Shown here one piece after another: positions 21,406 through 33,424 of a stretch of 64,000 bases of DNA (within the stretch, counting starts at the first letter, position 1; each line of letters starts with the position of its first letter). The position numbers and the translations under genes are program-made. The notes beneath the pieces were generated by a model. That model was not told where the DNA came from, searched no databases, and saw only the letters and a list, made by a program, of their open reading frames with translations. Origin of the DNA: Nocardioides furvisabuli (GTDB taxonomy: Bacteria > Actinomycetota > Actinomycetes > Propionibacteriales > Nocardioidaceae); the NCBI GenBank assembly GCA_964021995.1, contig CAXHZJ010000013.1:52182-116181 (forward strand). The letters run 5' to 3'.

Positions 21406-22989
21406 ATGACGAACGCACCTGCGCAACCGAACGGCCCGGCTCCCGACTTCACCCTGCGTGACGCGCTCGACGCGACCCGCGGGTGGGACGACGAGGCCAT
21501 CGAGCTCGACGGCACCCTCGACGCCGACCCGGCCACTACGGACGACGACACCGACGACGACTTCGAGTCCGGCTACGCCGACGACGCGGCGTACGACGAG
21601 TGGGACGACACCGACCCCGAGGAGCTCACCGTCGGCGCCCAGGAGCTGGCCGAGCGCCACGCCCTGCGCCGGGTCGCGAGCCTGCGCACCGAGCTCGAGG
21701 ACATCACCGAGGTCGAGTACCGCCAGCTCCGGCTCGAGAAGGTCGTGCTGGTCGGCGTGTGGACCGGCGGCACCGTCACCGACGCCGAGAACTCGATGGC
21801 CGAGCTCGCGCTGCTCGCCGAGACGGCCGGCTCCGAGGTCCTCGAGGCGGTCTTCCAGCGCCGCCAGTCGCCCGACCCGGCGACCTTCATCGGTCGCGGC
21901 AAGGTCGAGGCGATCCGCGAGATCGTGCAGGCCACCGGCGCCGACACCGTCATCTGCGACGGGGAGCTCGCGCCCAGCCAGCTGCGCAACCTCGAGGACA
22001 AGATCAAGGTCAAGGTGGTCGACCGGACGGCACTGATCCTCGACATCTTTGCCCAGCACGCCAAGAGCAAGGAGGGCCAGGCGCAGGTCGAGCTGGCCCA
22101 GCTGCAGTACATGAAGCAGCGCCTGCGCGGCTGGGGCGGCAACCTGTCGCGCCAGGCCGGTGGTCGCGCCGCCGGCGGTGACGGCATCGGTGGCCGTGGT
22201 CCCGGTGAGACCAAGATCGAGACCGACCGCCGCCGGATCAACACCAAGATCGCCAAGCTGCGGCGCGAGCTCAAGGAGATGCGCGGCACCCGCGAGGTCA
22301 AGCGCCAGTCGCGCCGCCGCAACCACATCCCGAGCGTCGCGATCGCGGGCTACACCAACGCCGGGAAGTCCTCGCTGCTCAACCGGCTGACCGACGCCGG
22401 GGTGCTGGTGGAGGACGCGCTCTTCGCGACCCTCGACCCCACCACGCGGCGTACGACGACCAGCGACGGCCGCATCTACACGATGTCCGACACCGTCGGC
22501 TTCGTCCGTCACCTGCCCCACGGCCTGGTCGAGGCGTTCCGCTCGACGCTGGAGGAGGTCGCCGACTCCGACCTGCTGCTGCACGTGGTCGACGGCTCCC
22601 ACCCCGACCCCGAGGGCCAGATCGCCGCGGTGCGCGAGGTGCTCGCCGAGATCGGCGCCGACAAGGTGCCCGAGATCATCGTGATCAACAAGGCCGACGC
22701 CGCCGACCCGCTGGTGATCAGCCGGCTGCGGGCGCGCGAGCCGCACAGCGTGGTCGTCAGCGCGAAGACCGGCGAGGGGATGGAGGCGGCCCTCGCGACC
22801 ATCGAGTCCGAGCTGCCGAGGCCGCAGGTGGAGTTCGACGTGCTGCTGCCCTACGAGCGCGGCGACCTGGTCAACCGGATCCACCAGGAGGCCGAGATCG
22901 GCTCCCTGGAGCACACCGGCGACGGCACGCTGGTCGTCGGTCGGGCCAACGCGGACCTGGCCGGCGAGCTGGAGGCGTACGCCCGCTGA
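21406..22989 (+). CDS. hflX: Ribosome-splitting GTPase HflX with acidic N-terminal extension
   Basis: GYTNAGKS, FATLDPT, DTVGF, AFRSTLEE, NKAD and SAKTG. Confidence 0.97.
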   Translation: MTNAPAQPNGPAPDFTLRDALDATRGWDDEAIELDGTLDADPATTDDDTDDDFESGYADDAAYDEWDDTDPEELTVGAQELAERHALRRVASLRTELEDITEVEYRQLRLEKVVLVGVWTGGTVTDAENSMAELALLAETAGSEVLEAVFQRRQSPDPATFIGRGKVEAIREIVQATGADTVICDGELAPSQLRNLEDKIKVKVVDRTALILDIFAQHAKSKEGQAQVELAQLQYMKQRLRGWGGNLSRQAGGRAAGGDGIGGRGPGETKIETDRRRINTKIAKLRRELKEMRGTREVKRQSRRRNHIPSVAIAGYTNAGKSSLLNRLTDAGVLVEDALFATLDPTTRRTTTSDGRIYTMSDTVGFVRHLPHGLVEAFRSTLEEVADSDLLLHVVDGSHPDPEGQIAAVREVLAEIGADKVPEIIVINKADAADPLVISRLRAREPHSVVVSAKTGEGMEAALATIESELPRPQVEFDVLLPYERGDLVNRIHQEAEIGSLEHTGDGTLVVGRANADLAGELEAYAR

Positions 22990-23043
22990 CGCGCCGACGG
23001 CCCGGAGCGTGGTGCCCCGGGCCGCCGCCTGCGGTGTCGGTGC

Positions 23044-25194
23044 CTACTCCTTGACGCGCTTGCAGGCGTTGCCCACGGCCACGCTCTCGCCGCGGTCGAC
23101 GACGATCTCGCGGGTCGCCACGACGTCTCCGCGCCTGTCGGTGCAGGTGAGCAGCCACGCCTCGCGGGTGCCGGTCGGGCTGGGCGGGGTCGGCCCCTCG
23201 AAGGTGACCGCGCCCGACCAGTCGAAGTCGGCCGAGCCGCCCTCGTAGTTGTTGGCCTCCAGGGTGTACGTGCCCGGCTGCGGGTCGGGGATCCTGATCA
23301 CCTCGGGGTTGGCCAGCGTGGCGCCGGAGCCGACCGGCTCACCGTCGGGTCCGGTGAGGAAGAAGTCCCAGTCCTGCGCCTCGGGATCGACCGCCGGCCA
23401 GTCGACCGTGACCACCATGTAGCCGTTGTCGACCTGGGGCAGTCCCTGGACGTCGAACGTCGTGAACTCGCTGGCCCTGCGGGCCGGGACCCCGACCGGG
23501 TTGTCCAGGGTGATCGCCGCCTGCGGGGGCGCCAGGGCGTCGCGGCCGGAGCGACCCATCACCAACGGCCGCGTCGAGGGGTTGACGTCGAGCTCGAAGC
23601 GTCCTCCGTCGGAGGTGTAGTCGGTGCGCAGCGTGTCGGTGAACAGCAGCGGGTCGCCGACCGCGCCGCCGGGCTGGATCACCGGGGAGGTCGGCGACGT
23701 CACGGTCTTGGACACGCTGACCGTGTGCTTGTCCGGCGCGGTGCCCGTGATCACCGAGTGCAGTGCCTCGTCGGCGGCCGCCTCGGTCGCGAGCCAGTAC
23801 GCCTCGCGGTTGCCGCCGAGACCGGCGCTCTCCGCGGGCGCCTGGCCGAGGTACTCACCGACGACTGCCTCCTCGTAGGCCGGGTGGAACCCCTCGTCAC
23901 CGATCTCGAACGTGTAGCCCAGACCACCGGTGATCCAGTAGCTCCAGTCCTCCGTGGACCCGGAGGTGTCGTAGAGCTGGTAGGACGCCTGGCTGACGTA
24001 GTCGTTCTCCGCCGCCATCGCGTCGCCGAGCGCCTTGAGCTGCGGCTCGTCGATCGCCAGCCCCGTCGCCGCGATGGCCGGCGGGCGCAGCACCAGGTTG
24101 CTGTAGGTGTGGTTGGAGATCATCACGGTCACGGCGCGCTCGGAGATGAGGCGGCGGACCGCGTCGCTCTCCGGCTCGCTGCCGGGGGAGTCCCCGCGAT
24201 AGGTGTCGCTCGACCAGTTGGTGCTGGCCCCGCCGCCGCCCCAGAAGCCGGGGTAGTTGCGGTTGAGGTCGGTGCCGCGCAGACGACCGGCACGGTTGTC
24301 TGCGCAGGTGCCGGAGAGGTAGTCGGGAACCGTCGCGCTGGGCGCGGGCGTGTTGGCCGAGATCGCGCAGTTCTTGCGCTTCATCTCGTAGTCGAAGGTG
24401 GAGAAGTCCCCGCGGGGCGTGGCGCCGCGTGAGATCTGGAAGCCGTCCACGTTGACGACCGGCACGAGGATCACCCGCGACCGCGACAGCAGGTCGCGCG
24501 CCCGGTCGTCACCGGAGGAGTAGGACTGCAGGAGGTCGAAGGCGAACTCGATGGTGTGCTCCGCGCTCGGCCACTCGCGAGCGTGGTGGGCGCCCATCAG
24601 CAGGAAGACCGGCTTGCCGTCCTTGACGTCGTCGGCCCCGACACTCACCTCGATGCCTCGGATGTCCTCGCCGAGCACCGTCTCGTTGGCCAGCGTCAGC
24701 GGGCGGGTGAGGGAGGGGTATCGGCGAGCCAGCTGGTCGAGGTCGGAGAGGTAGTCGTCGTAGGTGCGGTAGGACGTACGCCCGCTGGGCAGTCCCGACT
24801 CCGCCACCGAGGCGGCGTACAGGCGGTCGACCTCGCGGTTCTTCTTGGTCAGCGCCTCGAGGTCCTTGACCTTGACCTTCCAGGTGAACCCCGCGTCACG
24901 CAGGGTCTGGGCGTCCTGCGCGTCGTGGAGGACCACCTCGATGCCGCGCTGGTCGGCGTGCTCGGTGACGTCGAGGCCGAGGGCGATCACCTCGTTGCGC
25001 CGGTCGACCGTGGGGGCCTTGACCATCACGATCTGGGTGGCGTCGCTGTCGGCGGTGCGGGCCAGCGGACGGGGGGTGTCGTCGCGGCCGGAGCTTCCGG
25101 TCGCGCCTGCGGCCGTGACGGCGAGCCCGGCTGCGACGAGGGCGGTGACGGTGGCCAGCCTGGTGGCGCCGGCGCGTGGGATGCGTGGTGACAT
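23044..25194 (-). CDS. Secreted M14 zinc carboxypeptidase with C-terminal PPC-like domain
   Basis: HHARE zinc motif, DLNRNY, SEPE, NHTY and YTFE; signal peptide. Confidence 0.88.
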   Translation of the reverse strand: MSPRIPRAGATRLATVTALVAAGLAVTAAGATGSSGRDDTPRPLARTADSDATQIVMVKAPTVDRRNEVIALGLDVTEHADQRGIEVVLHDAQDAQTLRDAGFTWKVKVKDLEALTKKNREVDRLYAASVAESGLPSGRTSYRTYDDYLSDLDQLARRYPSLTRPLTLANETVLGEDIRGIEVSVGADDVKDGKPVFLLMGAHHAREWPSAEHTIEFAFDLLQSYSSGDDRARDLLSRSRVILVPVVNVDGFQISRGATPRGDFSTFDYEMKRKNCAISANTPAPSATVPDYLSGTCADNRAGRLRGTDLNRNYPGFWGGGGASTNWSSDTYRGDSPGSEPESDAVRRLISERAVTVMISNHTYSNLVLRPPAIAATGLAIDEPQLKALGDAMAAENDYVSQASYQLYDTSGSTEDWSYWITGGLGYTFEIGDEGFHPAYEEAVVGEYLGQAPAESAGLGGNREAYWLATEAAADEALHSVITGTAPDKHTVSVSKTVTSPTSPVIQPGGAVGDPLLFTDTLRTDYTSDGGRFELDVNPSTRPLVMGRSGRDALAPPQAAITLDNPVGVPARRASEFTTFDVQGLPQVDNGYMVVTVDWPAVDPEAQDWDFFLTGPDGEPVGSGATLANPEVIRIPDPQPGTYTLEANNYEGGSADFDWSGAVTFEGPTPPSPTGTREAWLLTCTDRRGDVVATREIVVDRGESVAVGNACKRVKE

Positions 25195-25368
25195 GTGTTC
25201 TCCCGAAGGTGGATGTCCGCGGATGGTGCCGCGGTGTGACCCAGACAACACCCCGGGCGGTGTCCTGTCGATCCCCTGACGGGTGGCGCTCCGCGCGGAA
25301 CCTTCACCCCGAGCCACCCGTTGGGCAGTCCGTGCCCGGATTCGGGCGTTCGAAGTCGGTAGGGGAGT

Positions 25369-27663
25369 ATGTCGCGCATGTCACGTGGTGTCTGGGTCCG
25401 CTTCATCCTCGTGCTCGGCCTCCTGGCCGGGTGCGCGGCGCTCGCTCTCAACGTCAAGCCCAACCTGGGCCTGGACCTCCGGGGCGGCGCGCAGTTCGTC
25501 TTCGAGGCGGAGGGCACCGAGCAGACGCCGGCCACGGCGGAGAACGTCGACAAGACCCTCGAGGTGCTGCGCGGCCGCGTCGACGCTCTCGGTGTCTCGG
25601 AGTCGACCCTCGTGCGCCAGGGCGAGAACCGGATCCTCGTCGAGCTGCCCGGCGTCACCAACGACGAGGAGGCGCAGGAGGCCGAGGAACGCATCGGCAC
25701 CACCGCGAAGCTCACGATCCACGAGGTGCTCTCCGAGGCGCAGCCGGACGCCGAGCCCAGCGAGGAGGGCAACCTCGTGCTGCCGTCTGACCAGGGCGAC
25801 ACCCTCGAGATCGGTCCGACCGTCATCCAGGGCGAGCAGATCACGGGCGCGAGCGCGGTCCAGCGCGACCAGAGCGTCCAGTGGGTCGTGGCCATCGACT
25901 TCAACGGTGAGGGCGGCGCTACCTGGGCTGAGATCACCGGCACCGCAGCCTGCAACCCCCTGGGCGACCCGAAGCGTCGCATCGCGATCGTGCTCGACAA
26001 CGAGATCATCTCCTCGCCCGAGGTCAACGAGGGCATCGGCTGCGAGGTCGGCATCCGCGGCGGCGCCACCGACATCACCGGCGACTACACCGCCGACAGC
26101 GCCAAGGACCTCGCCGCGCTCATCGAGGGCGGCGCCCTGCCGCTGGAGCTCCGCGCCATCTCCGACCGCCTCGTCGGCCCCTCGCTGGGTGCCGCAGCGA
26201 TCGACGCCTCGATCGAGGCCGGCATCATCGGCCTGATCCTCACCGGCCTGTTCATCATCGTCGTCTACCGCCTCGTCGGTGCGATGGCGACCATCGCGCT
26301 GGCGTCGTACGCCCTGCTCGCCTACGCCATGCTCGTCGGCCTCGGCTCGACGCTGACCCTGCCGGGCCTCGCGGGCTTCGTGCTCGCGATCGGCATGGCG
26401 ATCGACGCCAACGTGCTCGTCTTCGAACGAGCGCGGGAGGAGTACCAGGCCTACCCGTCCGCGGGCCTGCGCCGCGCCCTCCAGGTGGGCTTCAACAAGG
26501 CCTGGACCGCGATCATCGACTCCAACGTCACCACGCTCCTCGCGGCCGGGCTGCTGTTCTTCCTCGGCTCCGGCCCGATCAAGGGCTTCGGTGTCACGCT
26601 CTCCATCGGTGTCATCGCCTCGATGATCTCGGCGCTGATCATCGCTCGCGTGCTGTGCGACCTCGCCGTCGCCAACAAGGGTGTCAGCCGCAAGCCGGCG
26701 ATCAGCGGTCTCGGCAACGTCGGCAAGGTTCGCACCTGGCTGGACCGCAAGGACCCCGACATCATGAAGAACCGTGGTCGCTGGCTGGCGGTCTCGGGCG
26801 CGGCGATGGTCTTCGCCATCGCCGGCATCGCGATCCAGGGCCTGAACCTCGGCGTCGAGTTCACCGGCGGTCGCCAGCTCGACTACACGGTCAGCCAGGA
26901 GGTCACCATCGAGGAGGCCCGGGCGGCCGTGTCCGACGCCGGCTTCCCAGAGGCCGTGGTGCAGACCGCCGAGACGGCCAACTTCACCGTGCGCACCGGC
27001 GAGATCACCAACGAGGAGGAGCAGCGGATCGAGGACGAGCTGTCCGCGATCGGCGGCGACGTCTCCAAGATCGACGACCAGCTGATCGGTGCCTCCCTGG
27101 GCGAGGAGCTGCGCAACAACGCCCTCATCGCCTTCGGCGTCGCGTTCCTCGCCCAGCTGCTCTACCTCGCCTTCCGCTTCAAGTGGACCTTCGGCGTCTC
27201 GGCCGTCATCGCGATGGCGCACGACGTGCTGATCGTCGTCGGCATCTTCGCGTGGCTGGAGAAGCCGATCGACGGCATCTTCCTGGCCGCGGCGATGACG
27301 ATCATCGGTCTGTCGGTCAATGACACCGTCGTCGTCTTCGACCGCGTCCGCGAGCGCTGGCAGGGCTCGAAGCCCGAGGACGACTTCAAGGCGCTGGCCA
27401 ACAAGGCCGCGGTCGAGACGGTGCCCCGCACCGTCAACACCGGTCTCGGCACGATGTTCATCCTCGCGGCGCTCGCGATCCTCGGCGGCGACTCGCTGCG
27501 TGACTTCTCGATCGCGCTGCTCATCGGTCTGATCGTCGGCACCTACTCCTCGGTCTTCACCGCCACCCCGCTCGTGACCTACTTCCACGAGAAGTGGCCG
27601 ATGAGCCGGGTGAAGAAGGAGAAGGTCGAGCGGACGCCCGAGGACTCGGGCGCCGTCGTCTGA
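25369..27663 (+). CDS. secDF: Fused protein translocase SecD/SecF
   Basis: LGLDLRGG, IAIVLD, GMAIDANV.VFER, GVEFTGG and NDTVVVFDRVRE. Confidence 0.93.
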   Translation: MSRMSRGVWVRFILVLGLLAGCAALALNVKPNLGLDLRGGAQFVFEAEGTEQTPATAENVDKTLEVLRGRVDALGVSESTLVRQGENRILVELPGVTNDEEAQEAEERIGTTAKLTIHEVLSEAQPDAEPSEEGNLVLPSDQGDTLEIGPTVIQGEQITGASAVQRDQSVQWVVAIDFNGEGGATWAEITGTAACNPLGDPKRRIAIVLDNEIISSPEVNEGIGCEVGIRGGATDITGDYTADSAKDLAALIEGGALPLELRAISDRLVGPSLGAAAIDASIEAGIIGLILTGLFIIVVYRLVGAMATIALASYALLAYAMLVGLGSTLTLPGLAGFVLAIGMAIDANVLVFERAREEYQAYPSAGLRRALQVGFNKAWTAIIDSNVTTLLAAGLLFFLGSGPIKGFGVTLSIGVIASMISALIIARVLCDLAVANKGVSRKPAISGLGNVGKVRTWLDRKDPDIMKNRGRWLAVSGAAMVFAIAGIAIQGLNLGVEFTGGRQLDYTVSQEVTIEEARAAVSDAGFPEAVVQTAETANFTVRTGEITNEEEQRIEDELSAIGGDVSKIDDQLIGASLGEELRNNALIAFGVAFLAQLLYLAFRFKWTFGVSAVIAMAHDVLIVVGIFAWLEKPIDGIFLAAAMTIIGLSVNDTVVVFDRVRERWQGSKPEDDFKALANKAAVETVPRTVNTGLGTMFILAALAILGGDSLRDFSIALLIGLIVGTYSSVFTATPLVTYFHEKWPMSRVKKEKVERTPEDSGAVV

Positions 27664-27787
27664 GGGGTATCCCCGCTTTGCATGAGTCCCCGCTCAAGCG
27701 GTGACTCCCGCGCGGACCGGCCGTTGCAACCCCCCAACAGCGCAAGAGTTCCCCACCCGGTGACCGGACGCGGCGTACGCTCATCAC

Positions 27788-27919
27788 ATGTTCTGGTTCC
27801 TGCTGATCGTCGTGCTCGGTGTCGTGGCCTACCGCTACCGGGTGAAGATCCTGGCGAAGGTCCTCGGCCAGCCCGAGCGCCGCATCGAGCGCCAGATCGG
27901 GCGCAAGAAGCTCCACTGA
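27788..27919 (+). CDS. Small 43-aa single-pass membrane protein (below the ORF-track cut-off)
   Basis: MFWFLLIVVLGVVAYRYRVKILAKVLGQPERRIERQIGRKKLH; nearly all codons end in G/C. Confidence 0.65.
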   Translation: MFWFLLIVVLGVVAYRYRVKILAKVLGQPERRIERQIGRKKLH

Positions 27920-27997
27920 CGCACCCCGCCGCGCGCCCCGCGGCGCGTTGTGGATGGCGTACGCCGTGGTGTCGGCGAGGCCGCGTAGGGTTCTCTG

Positions 27998-29991
<1,994 letters not shown>

Positions 29992-30001
<10 letters not shown>

Positions 30002-30435
30002 AAGGCGTAGGCCACGATCGCGAGCAGCACGACGAGCGCCAGGACCACGAGCATGCGTGGCGAGGTCGACCTCACCTCGGTGACGGCCTCCGACCGCGTG
30101 CCGCTCGTGGTCCCGTACGCCGCCGACGCGGACGTCGCGGAGGCCGCCGGCGCCGCTCCGCCGGACGTGCGGCCGAGTTCCGCCGCGGCCCGGTCGAGCC
30201 AACCGTCGACCTCGCCCATGTCGTAGCCCTCGGCCAGCCGCACCGGGGTGAACCTCAGGCTGCTGACGTCCGAGGCCGTCATCGACGTCGCCCCGTCGGC
30301 GAGCGCGACGAAGACACGGTCCACCGCGTCGTCGACGCCCGCGACGAAGACACGGTCCACCGCGTCGTCGACGCCCGCGATGTCGTAGCCCTCGCGCAGC
30401 TTGGTCGTGCTGAAGCGTGGTCGTTCGAGCACCAT
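29992..30435 (-). CDS. DivIVA-domain membrane protein
   Basis: Two DivIVA-like motifs (LREGYD..VDD, LAEGYDMGEVDGWLDR); C-terminal transmembrane helix. Confidence 0.75.
30305..30376. repeat. Perfect in-frame 36-bp tandem duplication
   Basis: GCGACGAAGACACGGTCCACCGCGTCGTCGACGCCC twice; encodes GVDDAVDRVFVA twice. Confidence 0.95.
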
Positions 30436-30438
30436 CTG

Positions 30439-31170
30439 TCAGTCCTCCTGGTCGGGAGCGTCGAGTGGGTAGCCGAAGACCTGGTAGTCGCGGCGGTACA
30501 TCTGCGCCACCAGCTCCCGCAGCTCGTCGGAGACCTGCCGGTCGCGACCGCCGGGTGCCGTCTGGTTCTTCGGAGCCGTCGGCACGGCCGGGGCGCCGAT
30601 GCGCTCGCACACCTCGGCGAAGTCGCGGTCGAACGTCTCCAGTCGGCCGACGAAGTCGACCCGGTTGAGGTCGATCATCCGGCTCTGCAGCGTGAGGTGC
30701 TGGTCGGTGCCCGGCACGGCCGACAGGTCGTGGGTCGCGGTCCAGCGGGCGAACTCTTCCACCATCTGCATCCGCTCGTGGGTGGCGGGGTCGAAGCCGT
30801 AGTAGTTGTGGTCGACCACCTTGTCGTGCCAGGCCGAGACGAACCGGTCGAGCGGGTCGCGCACGAAGGCGAAGGTGAAGTAGTCGGCGTACGACGCGAG
30901 GGGGTAGCGGATCCGCATCGCGTGGTCGACGTCGAGCGCCACGCCGTTGGTCTCGCAGTGGTGGCGGATCGTGCGGGTCGCGACCTTCGCCACGCGGTAC
31001 CAGACGAACCGGTGGCTGTGGCTGATCGTGAGGTTGTACGCCAGCGGGCTGAGCCACGCCGACTCCTCGCCTGCGACCGTGAGTCGCTCGAGCTCGGCCT
31101 GGCCGTCGGGCGTCAGCCGGCGTCGGTTGCCCGGGCGGGTGCGGAAGAGCGCGGGATCTGGGCTGGACAT
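30439..31170 (-). CDS. Sulfotransferase family 2 protein
   Basis: 5'-PSB-like KVATRT, 3'-PB FVRDPLDRFVSAW, and DFVGRLE. Confidence 0.8.
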   Translation of the reverse strand: MSSPDPALFRTRPGNRRRLTPDGQAELERLTVAGEESAWLSPLAYNLTISHSHRFVWYRVAKVATRTIRHHCETNGVALDVDHAMRIRYPLASYADYFTFAFVRDPLDRFVSAWHDKVVDHNYYGFDPATHERMQMVEEFARWTATHDLSAVPGTDQHLTLQSRMIDLNRVDFVGRLETFDRDFAEVCERIGAPAVPTAPKNQTAPGGRDRQVSDELRELVAQMYRRDYQVFGYPLDAPDQED

Positions 31171-31288
31171 CGCCGCGAGGCTACCGCGTCTGCTCGTTCC
31201 CCACCCGACGGTCGAGCAGCCGGACTCGTTCCCCACTCGGCGGTCGAGTAGCCGAGCGAGGAACCAGCGAGGCGTATCGAGACCCGAC

Positions 31289-32506
31289 CTACCCGAACGC
31301 GATCCGCCCGCGCAGCGACTCCAGGTCGGACACCGGCTCCTTGCCGGTCGCAGCGATCAGCTCGCGGGCCTGGTCGACGCTGTCCCAGACGTTCCACAGC
31401 AGCACGCCGCGTACCTGGCCCGAGCCGACGTAGTAGACGACGCCGGTGCCGATCTCGCCGTCCTTCCAGTCCTCGACCATGTCGAGCTCGCTCGACGTCT
31501 CGCCGACCGCCTCGTAGCCCGCGTCGAGGATGTCGGACCAGAAGAAGGGGGTGTAGTCGTACGCAGCGTCGGCGCCGGCCATCACCTTGCCAGCGTGCTC
31601 GCCGGACTTCTCCGCGTGGTCGACGTGCTCGACGCGACGGCGCCCGAGCAGCGCGTCGGGATAGGACGCGACGTCGCCCGCGGCGTACACGTCGTCGGCG
31701 CTGGTGCGCAGGTGGTCGTCGACGACGATGCCGTTGTCGACCTCGAGCCCGGCGGCCTCCGCCAGGGACGTGCGCGGCAGCACGCCGACGCCGATGACGG
31801 CCGCGTCGGCCGCGATGTCGGTGCCGTCGTCGAGCCGGATCCGTACGCCGTCGCCGGTGTCCTCGCCGCGCTCGACCGAACCGTGCACGATCGTCACGCC
31901 GCGGTCGGCGAAGGCCTTGGTCAGGCTGGCGGCGAGCGCGCGCGGGAACATCTGCTCCTGCACGTCCTCCTGGTCGAGCACGAGCGTGACGGCGACGTCG
32001 TTCTGCACCAGTGCGGAGGCGATCTCCGAGCCGATGTAGCCACCACCGACGACGGCGACGTGGCTGCCCTTCTCGGCGATCGCGCGCAGCCGCTCGTAGT
32101 CGGCGGCGGTGCGGTAGTAGACGACCCGCGGTCCGGGGTCGAGCGCGAGCACGCGCGGCTCGGCGCCGGTGGCGAGCAGGAGCTTGCCGTAGCCGACGCT
32201 GCTGCCGTCGGCGAGGCGTACGGCGTGGGCGTCGGGGTCGATCCCGGTCACGGTCGTGTCGGTGACGAGGTCGACGTGGTCGTCGTCCTGGAGGTCACCG
32301 GCGAGCGAGCTGCCCTCGAGAGTGGCGTCGTCCTTGAGCCACAGGTCCTTGGACAGGGCGGGGCGGTAGACGGGCTCGGCGGGCTCGGACCCGATGACGG
32401 CGATGCTGCCGCCCTCGTCCTCCGACCGGATGCCGGAGACCGCACTGGCGGCTGCGACACCTCCACCGACGATGACGTAGTCGTAGGAATCCTGGAGTTC
32501 GCTCAT
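31289..32506 (-). CDS. FAD/NAD-dependent oxidoreductase (ferredoxin reductase / AIF-like)
   Basis: GGGVAA, LLLATGA, GGGYIG and YAAGDVA. Confidence 0.85.
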   Translation of the reverse strand: MSELQDSYDYVIVGGGVAAASAVSGIRSEDEGGSIAVIGSEPAEPVYRPALSKDLWLKDDATLEGSSLAGDLQDDDHVDLVTDTTVTGIDPDAHAVRLADGSSVGYGKLLLATGAEPRVLALDPGPRVVYYRTAADYERLRAIAEKGSHVAVVGGGYIGSEIASALVQNDVAVTLVLDQEDVQEQMFPRALAASLTKAFADRGVTIVHGSVERGEDTGDGVRIRLDDGTDIAADAAVIGVGVLPRTSLAEAAGLEVDNGIVVDDHLRTSADDVYAAGDVASYPDALLGRRRVEHVDHAEKSGEHAGKVMAGADAAYDYTPFFWSDILDAGYEAVGETSSELDMVEDWKDGEIGTGVVYYVGSGQVRGVLLWNVWDSVDQARELIAATGKEPVSDLESLRGRIAFG

Positions 32507-32574
32507 GCAGCCATCGTGTCCCGCGGGTGGGCGCCTTTCAACGGCGTCCCACCCCTGTGGCTGTCAGGAGCCCG

Positions 32575-33297
32575 TCAGAGGCTGCGCAGCACCGCGGTCA
32601 CGACACCGAGGATCGTGGCGTTGTCGCCCGGGATCGGGTCGTAGGCGGCGTTGTGCGGCAGCAGCCAGACGTGGCCGTCCTTGCGCTGGAAGGTCTTGAC
32701 GGTCGCCTCGCCGTCGATCATCGCGGCCACGATCTGGCCGTTGGTCGCGGTCTGCTCCTGGCGGATCACGACGTAGTCGCCGTTGCAGATGGCCGCCTCG
32801 ACCATCGAGTCACCGGAGACCTCGAGGAGGAAGAGGGTGCCGTCGCCGACGAGCTGCTTGGGCAGCGGGAAGACGTCGGTGACCTGCTCCTCGGCGAGGA
32901 TCGGCCCGCCGGCGGCGATGCGGCCCACGACGGGGATGTTGACCGCGGTCGGGACGACGTCGCCGATGCCGGTCTCGTCGACGCTCGACTCCTCGCCGCT
33001 GGACATCGAGCGGCGCGCGGCCATCACCTCGGGCAGGAAGACCTCGAGGGCGCGCGGCCGGTTGGGGTCGCGCTTGAGGAAGCCCTTGCCCTCGAGCACG
33101 CGCAGCTGGTGCGCGACGCTGGAGGAGGACGTGAGGCCGACGGCCTGGCCGATCTCGCGCATGCTGGGCGGGTAGCCCTTGGTCTCGATCGAGTCCTTGA
33201 TGGTGGCCAGCACGCGCTGCTGGCGCGGGGTCAGGCCGGTGGCGTCCGGGGGACCGTCGGGCATCTCGATGACGTTCTTGTCCTCTGACTTGGCCAT
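32575..33297 (-). CDS. lexA: SOS repressor LexA
   Basis: [10 protein letters not shown] winged HTH, Ala-Gly cleavage site (IAAG), catalytic Ser (GDSM) and Lys (ATVK). Confidence 0.97.
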   Translation of the reverse strand: MAKSEDKNVIEMPDGPPDATGLTPRQQRVLATIKDSIETKGYPPSMREIGQAVGLTSSSSVAHQLRVLEGKGFLKRDPNRPRALEVFLPEVMAARRSMSSGEESSVDETGIGDVVPTAVNIPVVGRIAAGGPILAEEQVTDVFPLPKQLVGDGTLFLLEVSGDSMVEAAICNGDYVVIRQEQTATNGQIVAAMIDGEATVKTFQRKDGHVWLLPHNAAYDPIPGDNATILGVVTAVLRSL

Positions 33298-33383
33298 CTC
33301 GTGGAACCTCTCGACGCGGGTGGCCACCTCGTGGGCGATGGGGTGGCTGGTGCGATCACCGTAGTCCTCCCGGGGCCCGAGGA

Positions 33384-33399
33384 TCAAACACCTGTTCGA
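33384..33399. promoter_or_regulatory. SOS box upstream of lexA
   Basis: TCAAAC-ACCT-GTTCGA, one mismatch to the actinobacterial consensus TCGAAC-N4-GTTCGA. Confidence 0.75.
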
Positions 33400-33424
33400 A
33401 GCCGCGTGTCGCTACCCTCCGAGG

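Noticed and set aside
21406-21650. Acidic N-terminal extension of HflX as a novelty
   Set aside because: Low-complexity N-terminal extensions are common in actinobacterial HflX.
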